A stretch of 64,000 nucleotides of DNA from Geoalkalibacter sp. (GCF_030604225.1 NZ_JAUVWH010000001.1:8413-72412), one strand, 5' to 3'. Shown: positions 24,225-32,893, counted from the stretch's first letter. A program made the numbers and translations. Notes: generated by a model from the sequence alone, not told the origin.

Positions 24225-24253
24225 TTGACAACCCTCAGCTAAATCTGTATAAA
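24225..24253 (+). promoter_or_regulatory. candidate sigma70 promoter for tRNA-Leu
   Basis: TTGACA (24225-24230), 17-nt spacer, TATAAA (24248-24253), 12 nt before the mature tRNA 5' end. Confidence 0.5.
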
Positions 24254-24265
24254 GACAATCCGTTC

Positions 24266-24352
24266 GCCGAAGTGGTGGAACTGGTAGACACGCCATCTTG
24301 AGGGGGTGGTGACCGACAGGTCGTAGGAGTTCGAGTCTCCTCTTCGGCACCA
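24266..24352 (+). tRNA. tRNA-Leu (anticodon GAG), CCA encoded
   Basis: Acceptor stem GCCGAAG/CTTCGGC. Anticodon stem CCATC/GGTGG with loop TTGAGGG. Long variable arm. T-arm GGAGTTCGAGTCTCC. 3' ACCA. Confidence 0.93.
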
Positions 24353-24360
24353 GCGAACAG

Positions 24361-24403
24361 AAAAGCCCGGCCGTCCAACTGGACGCGCCGGGCTTTTAGT
24401 TTT
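24361..24403 (+). terminator. intrinsic terminator after tRNA-Leu
   Basis: AAAAGCCCGG...CCGGGCTTTT long hairpin with inner CGTCC/GGACG pairing, followed by TTTTAGTTTT. Confidence 0.7.
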
Positions 24404-24445
24404 GTGCCTCCCAAAGAACCCTGTACCGGTGGATTCGACAACCTT

Positions 24446-24454
24446 TGTTATAAT
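24446..24454 (+). promoter_or_regulatory. candidate extended -10 promoter (TGtTATAAT)
   Basis: Perfect TATAAT (24449-24454) with a TG at 24446-24447. No good -35 element. It lies 62 nt upstream of the 65-aa ORF. Confidence 0.4.
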
Positions 24455-24515
24455 GGACCCTGAGCCGGGCGCGACCGCGCCTTTGATCCGCGAACGGGAA
24501 AAGGGGAGAGTTGCC

Positions 24516-24713
24516 ATGTACGTCGCCAGGGATAAAAACAACGATCTCTATCTGTTCAACGAATTCCCCCGCCGGGGAAGCGAGTGCTGGTGGGCCGAGA
24601 GCGGCCTCGACGGTACCTACCTCAAACTCAACAATGCCCTCTATCCCAATGTGATCTGGGATTCGGAACCCTTGCGGGTCCAACTGGTCTTGGCAACGGA
24701 CGGGGAGCCTTAA
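24516..24713 (+). CDS. hypothetical small protein (65 aa)
   Basis: ATG at 24516 after AAAGGGGAGAG, in frame within tracked ORF 24402..24713. MYVARDKNNDLYLFNEFPRRGSECWWAESG... No family recognised. Confidence 0.5.
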   Translation: MYVARDKNNDLYLFNEFPRRGSECWWAESGLDGTYLKLNNALYPNVIWDSEPLRVQLVLATDGEP

Positions 24714-24735
24714 AGAAAAGAGGTCGCGTCTTAAC

Positions 24736-25197
24736 ATGGGAAAAACCCTGAGCGATTTTGGTGACAGCGAACTTCTGCTTCAGCTATGCAGCGGCCAGAA
24801 CCTTGCCGTTTTATCCACCGAAGCGGACGCGCGTCCCTATGCCAGCCTGGTTGCGGTTGCCATGACCTCCGATTTGCGCCACCTGTTTTTCGCCACGCCC
24901 CGTGCCACGCGCAAATACGCCAACCTCTCGACGAACCCAAGGGTGGCGCTGCTCTTGGACAACCGCACCAACCAGGTTGCCGATTTCAGCCGGGCGGCCG
25001 CGGCCACGGTCCTCGGTGTGGCGCAAGAGCTAAGCGCGCAGGAGCGCGACAAAAATCAGGCGTTTTATCTAGAGCGCCATCCCCACTTGGCCGAGTTCGC
25101 CGCCTCTCCCAGCACCGCGTTGTTCAGGGTGCGGGTGGAGAGCATCTACCTGGTGACGCGCTTTCAGAGCGTCATGGAATATCACTTTACTCCATGA
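24736..25197 (+). CDS. pyridoxamine 5'-phosphate oxidase (split-barrel flavoprotein) family protein
   Basis: 153 aa. ...LAVLSTEADARPYASLVAVAMTSDLRHLFFATPRATRKYANLSTNPRVALLLD... is the typical PNPOx-like/general-stress-26-like pattern. Confidence 0.8.
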   Translation: MGKTLSDFGDSELLLQLCSGQNLAVLSTEADARPYASLVAVAMTSDLRHLFFATPRATRKYANLSTNPRVALLLDNRTNQVADFSRAAAATVLGVAQELSAQERDKNQAFYLERHPHLAEFAASPSTALFRVRVESIYLVTRFQSVMEYHFTP

Positions 25198-27377
25198 TCA
25201 AACCCCGCGACCTGGTTATCGACCTCACCGCGTTGACTCTCGACGATCTGCCTCGCGCCGGCGGCAAGGCCGTGAACCTGGCGCGCCTGGCGCGCGCGGG
25301 CCTGACCGTGCCGCAGGGGTTCTGCATCACGACAGCGGCCTATGATCATTACCTGAATGAGACCGGAATCCGTGAGCGCCTGCCGCTGCTGCTCGAACGC
25401 AAAGCATTTGCGCAGATGCGCTGGGAGGAATTATGGGATCTTGCCCTCAAGGTGCGGCACCTCTTTTTGCAGACTCCCCTCCCGCAAGATCTGAGTGACG
25501 TCCTGGCGCAATCCCTCTTCGCCCGTTTCGACGACGATTACCCCCTGAGCGTGCGCTCCACGGCACCGGCGGAAGATACGACCAACGCCTCCTTTGCCGG
25601 ACTGCACGACTCTTTTGTCCATGTGCGCGGCTTGGCCGCGATTCTCGACAAGGTGCGGCTGGTGTGGGCATCGCTGTGGTCCGACCGGGCCCTGCTCTAC
25701 CGCCAGGAGTTGAGCCTTGATCCCGCAACCAGCTCCATGGCGGTTCTGGTGCAGGAATTGATCGAGGGCACCTGCTCGGGGGTCGCGTTCAGCCGCTGCC
25801 CGGGGAGGCCGCATCTGGCGGCGATTGAGGCGGTCTGGGGACTCAATCAGGGGTTGGTCGATGGCGATGTGGAGCCGGATCGCATCCTTTTCGATGCCTC
25901 CGGGCAGATCGTCGAGCGTCATGCGCCTCAGCGGGAACAAGCCTGCCGCGCGGTGCCGCAAGGCGTTGTATTGCAGCCCCTGCCGACGGATCAACGTGCG
26001 GCATCGCCTTTGTCCGACACGGACGCTGGACGGATTTTGGCCCTGCTGCGCCAGGCAGAGAATCATTTCGGCGCGGCCCAGGATGTGGAGTGGACCCTAC
26101 GTGACGGCACGCTGTTCGCCTTGCAGGCGCGGCCCATTACCGCGAGCGGCACCGCGGACAACGACGAAAGAGCCTGGTATCTGAGCCTGCACAAAAGTTT
26201 GGCCACTCTGGCCAAGTTGCGCCGCCGCATCGAGGATGGGCTGCTGCCGGCCATGGAGCAGGAGGCACGGCGCCTGGGATCCATGGATCTGACGAAGCTC
26301 GACGATGAAGCGCTGGCGGCGGCGATTCGTGAGCGGCAGGGGCTTCTCGACGCCTGGGAGGCACGCTACCGCGATGAGTGCATCCCCATGGCGCATGGGA
26401 TTCGCCTTTTCGGACAACTCTACAACGACCGCCTGCGGCCGGAGGATCCCTTCGCTTTTCTCGATCTGTTGGCGGGTGATGAGGGATTGCTGGCGGTGCA
26501 GCGCAATCGCGCCCTGCAAGAACTGGCCGCACGGGTGCGCGCCAATCCGCAGCTTGCTCAACAACTTCGCGACGGTCGGACGCTGCCGACGGACAGCCCT
26601 TTTGTCTTGGATCTGCACGGGTTCACGGCGCGTTTCGGCACACTCTCCTGGGTCATGGGCAGCCCGGAGGATGAGGCGCGGTCCTTGGCGGGGCTTATTC
26701 TGGAACTGGCAAAAAAACCGCCGGAAGCGCACTTCCCTCACCGGCAGACCAGAGAAGATGCCTATCGGGCGGCATTTTCAGCGAAGGAGCAGGCCCTGGC
26801 CCGGGAAGTTCTGGACATTGGCCGGGCCAGCTACCGTTTGCGTGATAACGACAACTTGTTTATCGGCGGTCTCTCGGCGCGACTCCATGAGGCATGCCGT
26901 GAAGCCGAACGGCGCCTGGCCGAGGGCGCACATCCCCTGCTCTCAAGCCTCATCGATCCCGGCAAGACGCGCGTTGCGCGCCGCACCACCGCCGCCCCTT
27001 TCCCGCCGCCGCCCGCCGCTGCGATTCCCGGTACGCGCCGGCAGGCACGTCAACTCGTCGGTCAGCCGGCCGGGCCCGGATTGGCCCAGGGCCACGCGCG
27101 CGTCATCCGCCGTCCCGAAGATCTCCGCGCGTTCCAATCAGGCGAAATTCTGGTTTGCGATGCCGTGGATCCCAACATGACTTTTGTGGTGCCCCTCGCC
27201 GGAGGTATTGTGGAGCGCCGCGGCGGCATGCTCATTCACGGCGCGATCATTGCCCGGGAATACGGCTTGGCTTGCGTTACCGGTGTTCCCGGTGCGATTG
27301 ACCTCATCAACACCGGCGACCGGATTACCGTCGATGGCTACCTGGGGCTGGTCACCGTTGAGCCCGCGGTTCATTAA
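25194..27377 (+). CDS. PEP-synthase-like / rifampin-phosphotransferase-like enzyme (PPDK_N ATP-grasp + helical middle region + C-terminal swivel His domain)
   Basis: ATG at 25194 overlaps the upstream stop (ATGA). 727 aa. GGKAVNLARLARAG, VRSTAPAEDTTNASFAGLHDSF, DVEWTL..GTLFALQARPIT, and C-terminal GGMLIHGAIIAREYGLACVTG. No PEP/pyruvate TIM-barrel domain is visible. Confidence 0.85.
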   Translation: MIKPRDLVIDLTALTLDDLPRAGGKAVNLARLARAGLTVPQGFCITTAAYDHYLNETGIRERLPLLLERKAFAQMRWEELWDLALKVRHLFLQTPLPQDLSDVLAQSLFARFDDDYPLSVRSTAPAEDTTNASFAGLHDSFVHVRGLAAILDKVRLVWASLWSDRALLYRQELSLDPATSSMAVLVQELIEGTCSGVAFSRCPGRPHLAAIEAVWGLNQGLVDGDVEPDRILFDASGQIVERHAPQREQACRAVPQGVVLQPLPTDQRAASPLSDTDAGRILALLRQAENHFGAAQDVEWTLRDGTLFALQARPITASGTADNDERAWYLSLHKSLATLAKLRRRIEDGLLPAMEQEARRLGSMDLTKLDDEALAAAIRERQGLLDAWEARYRDECIPMAHGIRLFGQLYNDRLRPEDPFAFLDLLAGDEGLLAVQRNRALQELAARVRANPQLAQQLRDGRTLPTDSPFVLDLHGFTARFGTLSWVMGSPEDEARSLAGLILELAKKPPEAHFPHRQTREDAYRAAFSAKEQALAREVLDIGRASYRLRDNDNLFIGGLSARLHEACREAERRLAEGAHPLLSSLIDPGKTRVARRTTAAPFPPPPAAAIPGTRRQARQLVGQPAGPGLAQGHARVIRRPEDLRAFQSGEILVCDAVDPNMTFVVPLAGGIVERRGGMLIHGAIIAREYGLACVTGVPGAIDLINTGDRITVDGYLGLVTVEPAVH

Positions 27378-27408
27378 AGCTAGGCGCGTTTTGCCTGTCT
27401 CTAGCTTT
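27376..27408. terminator. weak hairpin between convergent genes
   Basis: AAAGCTAG (27376-27383) pairs with CTAGCTTT (27401-27408) around a 17-nt loop. Confidence 0.3.
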
Positions 27409-27419
27409 ATCCTTACAAA

Positions 27420-27881
27420 CTACCTTCGGGCTTTGCCGCTGATGTGGCTTATGCCGATTTTGAAAACCCTTGTCACTTTGTCCTTTGCCTCGATGTACTG
27501 TTTTCCCTCTTCGATAAAGTCCGAACAATATTTCTCCAGCAGCAGAACAAGGGCCTTGTAGCGCTCTGCGCCAAAGACCTCCGAGGCAACGCCGAAAGCC
27601 AAAGCGCTTTCATACTCGGTCCCAAATTTGTCCGGCAGGATCTTGGTCTTACCGACCACGCAAAAGGAAACTTTGGGGTTGTCGGCAATGTTGTCGAGCT
27701 TCCGCCCGTCCAGCGCACAGTGAAAATAGATGCAGCCATTTTTGTGCGCGAAGCTCAGCGGAACGCCGTAAGGCTGCCCGTCCTTGCCGACCGTCGACAA
27801 GGTACCGTACTCGGCTGAGTCAAGCAATTCAGCGGCTTCCAGAGTGCTGATCGCGCGATCTTTTCTGCGGACGGATTGCAT
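27420..27881 (-). CDS. Nim-type (5-nitroimidazole-reductase-like) PNPOx-family protein
   Basis: 153 aa. M..VRRKDRAI...GTLSTVGKDGQPYGVPLSFAHKNGCIYFHCA..GRKLDNI..NPKVSFCVV parallels the NimA-family pattern as I recall it. The gene looks more AT-rich than its neighbours. Confidence 0.82.
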   Translation of the reverse strand: MQSVRRKDRAISTLEAAELLDSAEYGTLSTVGKDGQPYGVPLSFAHKNGCIYFHCALDGRKLDNIADNPKVSFCVVGKTKILPDKFGTEYESALAFGVASEVFGAERYKALVLLLEKYCSDFIEEGKQYIEAKDKVTRVFKIGISHISGKARR

Positions 27882-27930
27882 TTGATTTCCTAGTATCTAA
27901 ATCGGTCGCGGCCCGACAGGTGCCGTGTCC

Positions 27931-28713
27931 CTACCCCATCCCCCAGCCTTCGCCGTTAGGCCCGCAGGTCAGCACCAGGGGGCCGTCTTCCGTCAAGGCC
28001 ACGGTATGTTCGAAATGGGCGCTGGGCTTGCCGTCGCGGGCGGCGATGGTCCAGTGGTCGGGGCGCACCACCACCTCCTTGGCGCCGGCGTTGATCATGG
28101 GCTCGATGGCCAGCACCAGGCCGGGGCGCAGCTTGAAGTCGGGCATGTTGCGGGTGAAGAAATTGGGCACCTGGGGCGGCTCCCACATGTCGCGGCCGAT
28201 GGCATGGCCCACCAGATCCTCGACCACGGAAAACCCGGCCTGCTCGGCGAGCTTCTGAATCTTAAGGGCGATCTTGCTCCAGCGCACGCCGGGCCGCAGC
28301 AGGGAGATGGCGCGCGCCAGGCATTCCTCGGTGACCTGAAGCAGGCGCTGCTTTTGCGCATCCACCTGACCCACGGCGTAGGTCACGGCGGCATCGGCGC
28401 ACCAGCCGTTGAGCTTGACGCCGATGTCCAGGCTGACCAGATCCCCCTCGCGCAAAACGCGCGCGGAGGGAATGCCGTGCACCACCTCCTCGTTGAGGGA
28501 GATGCAGGTCGCCGCGGGAAAGGGCACCTTGCCCGGCACTCCCTTGAACAGGGGCAGACCACCTCCGGCGACAATCGTTTCCTCCACCAGCTTGTCGATG
28601 TCGCTGGTGACCGTACCAGGAGCAATCAGGGTCGCGGCGACCTGATGGGTGTGCCACAGAAGCAGACCGGCCTGGCGCATCTGCTGAATATCTTCGGGGG
28701 ACTTCAATTTCAC
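27931..28713 (-). CDS. map: type I methionine aminopeptidase
   Basis: Start placed at GTG 28713 (AGGGAG 6 nt upstream); the track starts at TTG 28719. ...KSPEDIQQMRQAG...; metal ligand pattern ...DLVSLDIG...GWCADAA...GHAIG...LAIEPM...HFEHT. Confidence 0.92.
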   Translation of the reverse strand: MKLKSPEDIQQMRQAGLLLWHTHQVAATLIAPGTVTSDIDKLVEETIVAGGGLPLFKGVPGKVPFPAATCISLNEEVVHGIPSARVLREGDLVSLDIGVKLNGWCADAAVTYAVGQVDAQKQRLLQVTEECLARAISLLRPGVRWSKIALKIQKLAEQAGFSVVEDLVGHAIGRDMWEPPQVPNFFTRNMPDFKLRPGLVLAIEPMINAGAKEVVVRPDHWTIAARDGKPSAHFEHTVALTEDGPLVLTCGPNGEGWGMG

Positions 28714-28807
28714 AAACAACTCCCTGAGCTTGATCCGATTTTCACTGTGAAAAAAAAGCAGCGGTCTTCTCCGCTGCTTTTTGGCGATCTAAGGACCCGG
28801 AATGTTA

Positions 28808-29932
28808 TTACTGAGTGAGGCGGATTTCGCGATACTGGCCGTTGAGGGCGAAGCGAACGCGGTCCGGCAGGATGCGATCGACCTTGACCCCCTCGATGAT
28901 GGTCCCTTCCATGACCGGCAGATCATTGACCACCGCCAGGCGGTTCTTGACATCGTACTGATAATGGATTTCGCTGACCCGCAGTTCGGGAAAGGTGGCG
29001 GCCAAAACGGGCGCGGTGCGCGAGGTGCTGCGCGCTGTGGTTCCCGTGGTTGCCGGAGCGCTCTGGCGGGGCGCCGTGGCGGTTGTGACGGCCGTGCCGG
29101 AAGGACGATAGACATTGGCTTGAGCGGGCGCCTGTCGGGGCGCGGTGATGGATGCGGGGGCATCGGGGGCCCGATAGAGAACCCTGACGTTACCTTCGGC
29201 GACCGGAGTTGCGGGAGCGGTCTTGGGCTTGGGCGCGGTTGCCGCGGTTTTCGCGGCGGGCTTGGGAGCGGCGCTGGTCGATGTGGTTGTCGCGGGCGAC
29301 TTGGTTTCGGCCTTGGCCGCCGGCTTGGGAGTCGCAGCAACGGGCTTGGCCGGTGCGGGTGCGGGTTCACGAACGGCCACCAGGGTGTCGGCGCGACCGG
29401 TTTCGGTTTTGTCCGGTGACACCACCACCACTTCCTTGGGGAAAACCACCTTGTCCTTGAGAGCTTCGGCGGTGTCCTTCAGGGCCTGGGCCGTGTCCTT
29501 GAGGGCTGCGGCGGTTTCCTGCTGGGCCGTGGTGACTTCCGATGCCCCAGGCTCGGCGACAACCGCGACGGATTCATCGGCGGTGGCGGTGGCGCTGCCC
29601 TCTTCCGCCGGTGCCGGCTGGTTTTCTCCGGCGGAAAAAAGCATTTCGGGACGGTCAACCACCGGCGTGGCGGGCGTTGCGGCAACCTCTGCGGGCGGCG
29701 CCGGTATGGCGACTTCTTCGGGCTTGGGCGAAGAAAACCCGCCGAAGAGCACGTAGCCGCCCATGCCCGCTGTCAGCAGCAGGGCAGCGATGGCGGTCGG
29801 CAGAATCCAGTTCTCGATTTTCTTGGCTTTGCGACTGGTGCGCAGAATATCGCGCGCGATATTGACGGCCCCCTCTTCCTTGTTGGCTTTTTGTTCCTCG
29901 AGTTTTTTCAGGGCCTTGAGAATGGAACTCAT
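28808..29932 (-). CDS. GspB/ExeB-like membrane protein with an Ala/Pro/Thr-rich spacer
   Basis: 374 aa. N-terminus MSSILKALKKLEEQK, one TM segment, a long low-complexity region with an ALKDTA heptad x3, and a C-terminal domain ...LRVSEIHYQYDVKNRLAVVNDLPVMEGTIIEGVKVDRILPDRVRF resembling the GspB C-domain. It lies downstream of an ExeA-like ATPase. Confidence 0.62.
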   Translation of the reverse strand: MSSILKALKKLEEQKANKEEGAVNIARDILRTSRKAKKIENWILPTAIAALLLTAGMGGYVLFGGFSSPKPEEVAIPAPPAEVAATPATPVVDRPEMLFSAGENQPAPAEEGSATATADESVAVVAEPGASEVTTAQQETAAALKDTAQALKDTAEALKDKVVFPKEVVVVSPDKTETGRADTLVAVREPAPAPAKPVAATPKPAAKAETKSPATTTSTSAAPKPAAKTAATAPKPKTAPATPVAEGNVRVLYRAPDAPASITAPRQAPAQANVYRPSGTAVTTATAPRQSAPATTGTTARSTSRTAPVLAATFPELRVSEIHYQYDVKNRLAVVNDLPVMEGTIIEGVKVDRILPDRVRFALNGQYREIRLTQ

Positions 29933-30031
29933 AAACGATGTCTCCCTGTTTCACCGGCCCGTTTGTGGGCGCGCCTTGAGAAAAGGCCGGGTGTTCTGAA
30001 CGATGTGTTTGAAAAGCGGGTCGCGGGTGCT

Positions 30032-30931
30032 TCAATGGCTCAGGAAAAAGCCCAGAACCGCAACGACAACCACCGCCGCCACCCCCCCGAACCACATGAC
30101 GGGTCGCCCGGGAAGTGCTTTGCGCGGATAGCCCAGTTCGCCGATGGCCGTCTGGATCATGCGCGCGTCGATTTCCCGGCAGCCTTCGGCAAAGCCGACA
30201 AGCAGGGCGCGGTCGCAGAGGATATTGATCAAGCGGGGATAGCCCTTGGAGAACGCGAAGATTTTTCTCAGCGCGCCTTCGCCGAAAACCCGCTGATGCG
30301 TGCCGCCCGCCACGCGCAGACGGTGCGTGATGTAATCGCAGGTGTCGGTGTAATCCATGGGCTTGAGGTGGTAGCGGACCGTAATGCGCTGGTTGAGCTG
30401 GCGCAGGTCGGAACGCAAAAGAATGTCCTTGAGTTCCGGCTGGCCGACGAGAACGATCTGAATGAGCTTGTCCGTCTCGGTTTCCAGGTTGGACAGCAGG
30501 CGGATCTGTTCCAGAACCGCGGGTTCGAGATTTTGCGCCTCGTCGATGACGAGTACCACGGTCCGCCCCGCGGCACGCTGTTCCACGAGAAAGGCGTTGA
30601 GGCTGTCGAGCAGCGCTGAATTGCTCTCGCCCTGCGTGTCGATGCCGAATTCGCGATTGATGTTGCGCAGCAGATCCAGGGCGGAGAGGCAGGGATTGAA
30701 GATAAAAGCCAGGCGGTAGTGATCTTCCAGCAGCTCGCCCAGAAGCGTGCGCAGAACCGTGGTCTTTCCCGTGCCCACCTCGCCCGTGACCACCACGAAT
30801 CCCGCCTGATTTTGCACCCCGTAAAGCAGATGGGCAAAAACCTCCTTATGGTTCTTGCTCAGGTAGATGAATTTCGGGTTGGGCGTAATGGTGAACGGCT
30901 TTTCCTTCAGCCCGTAAAAATCGAGATACAT
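30032..30931 (-). CDS. ExeA/MshM-family AAA ATPase
   Basis: 299 aa. MYLDFYGLKEKPFTITPNPKFIYLSKNHKE, Walker A GEVGTGKTT, Walker B VLVIDEAQNL, and a C-terminal TM segment. Confidence 0.85.
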   Translation of the reverse strand: MYLDFYGLKEKPFTITPNPKFIYLSKNHKEVFAHLLYGVQNQAGFVVVTGEVGTGKTTVLRTLLGELLEDHYRLAFIFNPCLSALDLLRNINREFGIDTQGESNSALLDSLNAFLVEQRAAGRTVVLVIDEAQNLEPAVLEQIRLLSNLETETDKLIQIVLVGQPELKDILLRSDLRQLNQRITVRYHLKPMDYTDTCDYITHRLRVAGGTHQRVFGEGALRKIFAFSKGYPRLINILCDRALLVGFAEGCREIDARMIQTAIGELGYPRKALPGRPVMWFGGVAAVVVVAVLGFFLSH

Positions 30932-31168
30932 AGCGACTCAGCGAAAGTTTCGGGGCCAACCCGAGGATGGAGGGAGAAATGGAAAACTCCGCCAATTTCC
31001 CATAGATCCGGCCGTATTTCAAGAACAAATCAGCAGATGCCCAGACTTCGATAGGCGTGTGAACCCTGCGCTGGGCAATGGCGTAAAAATGCGGATTCTT
31101 CCACGAGCCCCTGGCGAATCCTGCTATTCTATAAGGGTTTTCCCCTTGAGTGGAGGACTTGAGCGGTC

Positions 31169-32893
31169 ATGGACAGACACAACGCCTGGAAAAAATTCAC
31201 CTGGGAACCACGTATCGCCTACTTTTCCATGGAAATCGGCCTTTCGGCCGAAATCCCCACGTACAGCGGCGGACTGGGCATCCTCGCCGGCGATACCATC
31301 AAGAGCGCCGCCGACCTGGAGCTGCCCATGGTGGCGGTGACCCTGATTCATCGCAAGGGCTATTTTCGCCAACAGATCGACCGGGATGGCTGGCAGCGTG
31401 AATTTCCGGTGGAATGGAGCCCCGAGCGCCATCTGGACCTGCTGTCGGTGAAAACCCTGGTGCCCATCGAGGGCCGGGACGTGAAAATCCAGCCCTGGCT
31501 CTACCGCGTGAAAAGCCCCGCCGGGGGGGTGGTTCCAGTCTTGTTTCTCGATACCGACATTCCGGGCAACGCCGAGGAAGACCGCCATCTCACCGACTAT
31601 CTCTACGGCGGCGATCTCGAATACCGGCTCAAGCAGGAGATCATCCTGGGCATCGGCGGCGCGCGCATGCTCAGCGCCCTCAATTTCAACATCCGCAAAT
31701 ACCACATGAACGAAGGCCACGCGGCCATGCTCACCCTGGAATTGCTGAGCAACACCCGCGGGCGCGTCGATGATCCCAACGAGGAACGTGCCGCCTGGGA
31801 TCTTCACCGGGTTCAGGATCTGTGCGTGTTCACCACTCACACCCCGGTCGATGCCGGCCACGACAAGTTCCCTTGGGACATGGTCGAGCGTATCCTGCCC
31901 GATATCGTGCCCTTTTCCCTGCTCAAGCAGTTGACCGGCAACGACGCCTTCAATCTGACGCTGCTGGCGCTCAATCTGAGCAAATTCGTCAACGGCGTGG
32001 CCAAGAAGCATGGCGAAATTTCCAAATCCCTGTTTCCCGGATTCAAAATCCACGCTATCACCAACGGCATCCACTCCTTCACCTGGACCTCGCCGTTTTT
32101 CGTGCAGGTTTACAACAAATATCTGCCCGGCTGGGCCAACGAACCGGAATTGCTGGTGCGGGTCGACAACATTCCCGATGAGGAGATCTGGGAGGCGCAC
32201 ATGGGAGCCAAGGCGTTTCTCTTTATGTACATCGAGGAAACCACCGGCCGGCGCTTCGATCCCGATCTTCTGACCATCGGCTTTGCCCGGCGCTCAGCCA
32301 CCTACAAGCGCGCCGATCTGATTTTCAGCGATCTGGAGCGTCTGCTGGCTATCGGCGACGGCAAGCTGCAGTTGGTCTTCGCCGGCAAGTCCCACCCCAA
32401 GGATCTGCCCGGCAAGGAAATGATTCATCGCATTCACGAAAAAATCGCCGCCCTCAAGGACCGCATTCGCGTGGTCTATCTGGAAAACTACAACATGGAT
32501 GTAGCCTATCGGCTGGTCCCCGGCGTCGATCTCTGGCTTAACACGCCGGTGCGCCCCCTGGAAGCTTCGGGCACCAGCGGCATGAAAGCGGCGATCAACG
32601 GCGTTCCCAACTTCAGCGTGCTCGACGGTTGGTGGATCGAAGGGCATATCGAGGGGGTGACGGGCTGGTCCATCGGGCCACTGCCGACCGAGAACAGCAC
32701 CACCGGCAACGGCGACAATCACGAAGATGTTGAGGATCTTTACCAAAAGCTGGAGAACACCATCCTGCCCCTTTACACCGGCAATCGACCGGGGTGGGTT
32801 CGGGTCATGAAAAATGCCATCGGCAAAAACGCCTACTACTTCAACACCCACGTCATGATGCGCCGCTATGTGACGGAAGCCTATATTCGCTGA
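31169..32893 (+). CDS. glgP: alpha-glucan (glycogen/maltodextrin) phosphorylase family protein, short form
   Basis: 574 aa. ...IAYFSMEIGL...YSGGLGILAGD..., and the PLP-lysine region EASGTSGMKAAINGV. Confidence 0.85.
   Translation: MDRHNAWKKFTWEPRIAYFSMEIGLSAEIPTYSGGLGILAGDTIKSAADLELPMVAVTLIHRKGYFRQQIDRDGWQREFPVEWSPERHLDLLSVKTLVPIEGRDVKIQPWLYRVKSPAGGVVPVLFLDTDIPGNAEEDRHLTDYLYGGDLEYRLKQEIILGIGGARMLSALNFNIRKYHMNEGHAAMLTLELLSNTRGRVDDPNEERAAWDLHRVQDLCVFTTHTPVDAGHDKFPWDMVERILPDIVPFSLLKQLTGNDAFNLTLLALNLSKFVNGVAKKHGEISKSLFPGFKIHAITNGIHSFTWTSPFFVQVYNKYLPGWANEPELLVRVDNIPDEEIWEAHMGAKAFLFMYIEETTGRRFDPDLLTIGFARRSATYKRADLIFSDLERLLAIGDGKLQLVFAGKSHPKDLPGKEMIHRIHEKIAALKDRIRVVYLENYNMDVAYRLVPGVDLWLNTPVRPLEASGTSGMKAAINGVPNFSVLDGWWIEGHIEGVTGWSIGPLPTENSTTGNGDNHEDVEDLYQKLENTILPLYTGNRPGWVRVMKNAIGKNAYYFNTHVMMRRYVTEAYIR

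Noticed and set aside
24353-27930. A bounded genomic island with att repeats next to tRNA-Leu.
   Set aside because: I found no direct repeat of the tRNA-Leu 3' end and no integrase or transposase gene between 24353 and the map gene. Only composition and gene content hint at acquisition, so I report it as a loose islet and not as a mobile element.
29450-29515. Tandem 21-nt repeats that could be mistaken for a mini-array or CRISPR-like repeat.
   Set aside because: There are only three units, they are in frame, and they encode an ALKDTA heptad inside a long ORF. There are no spacers.
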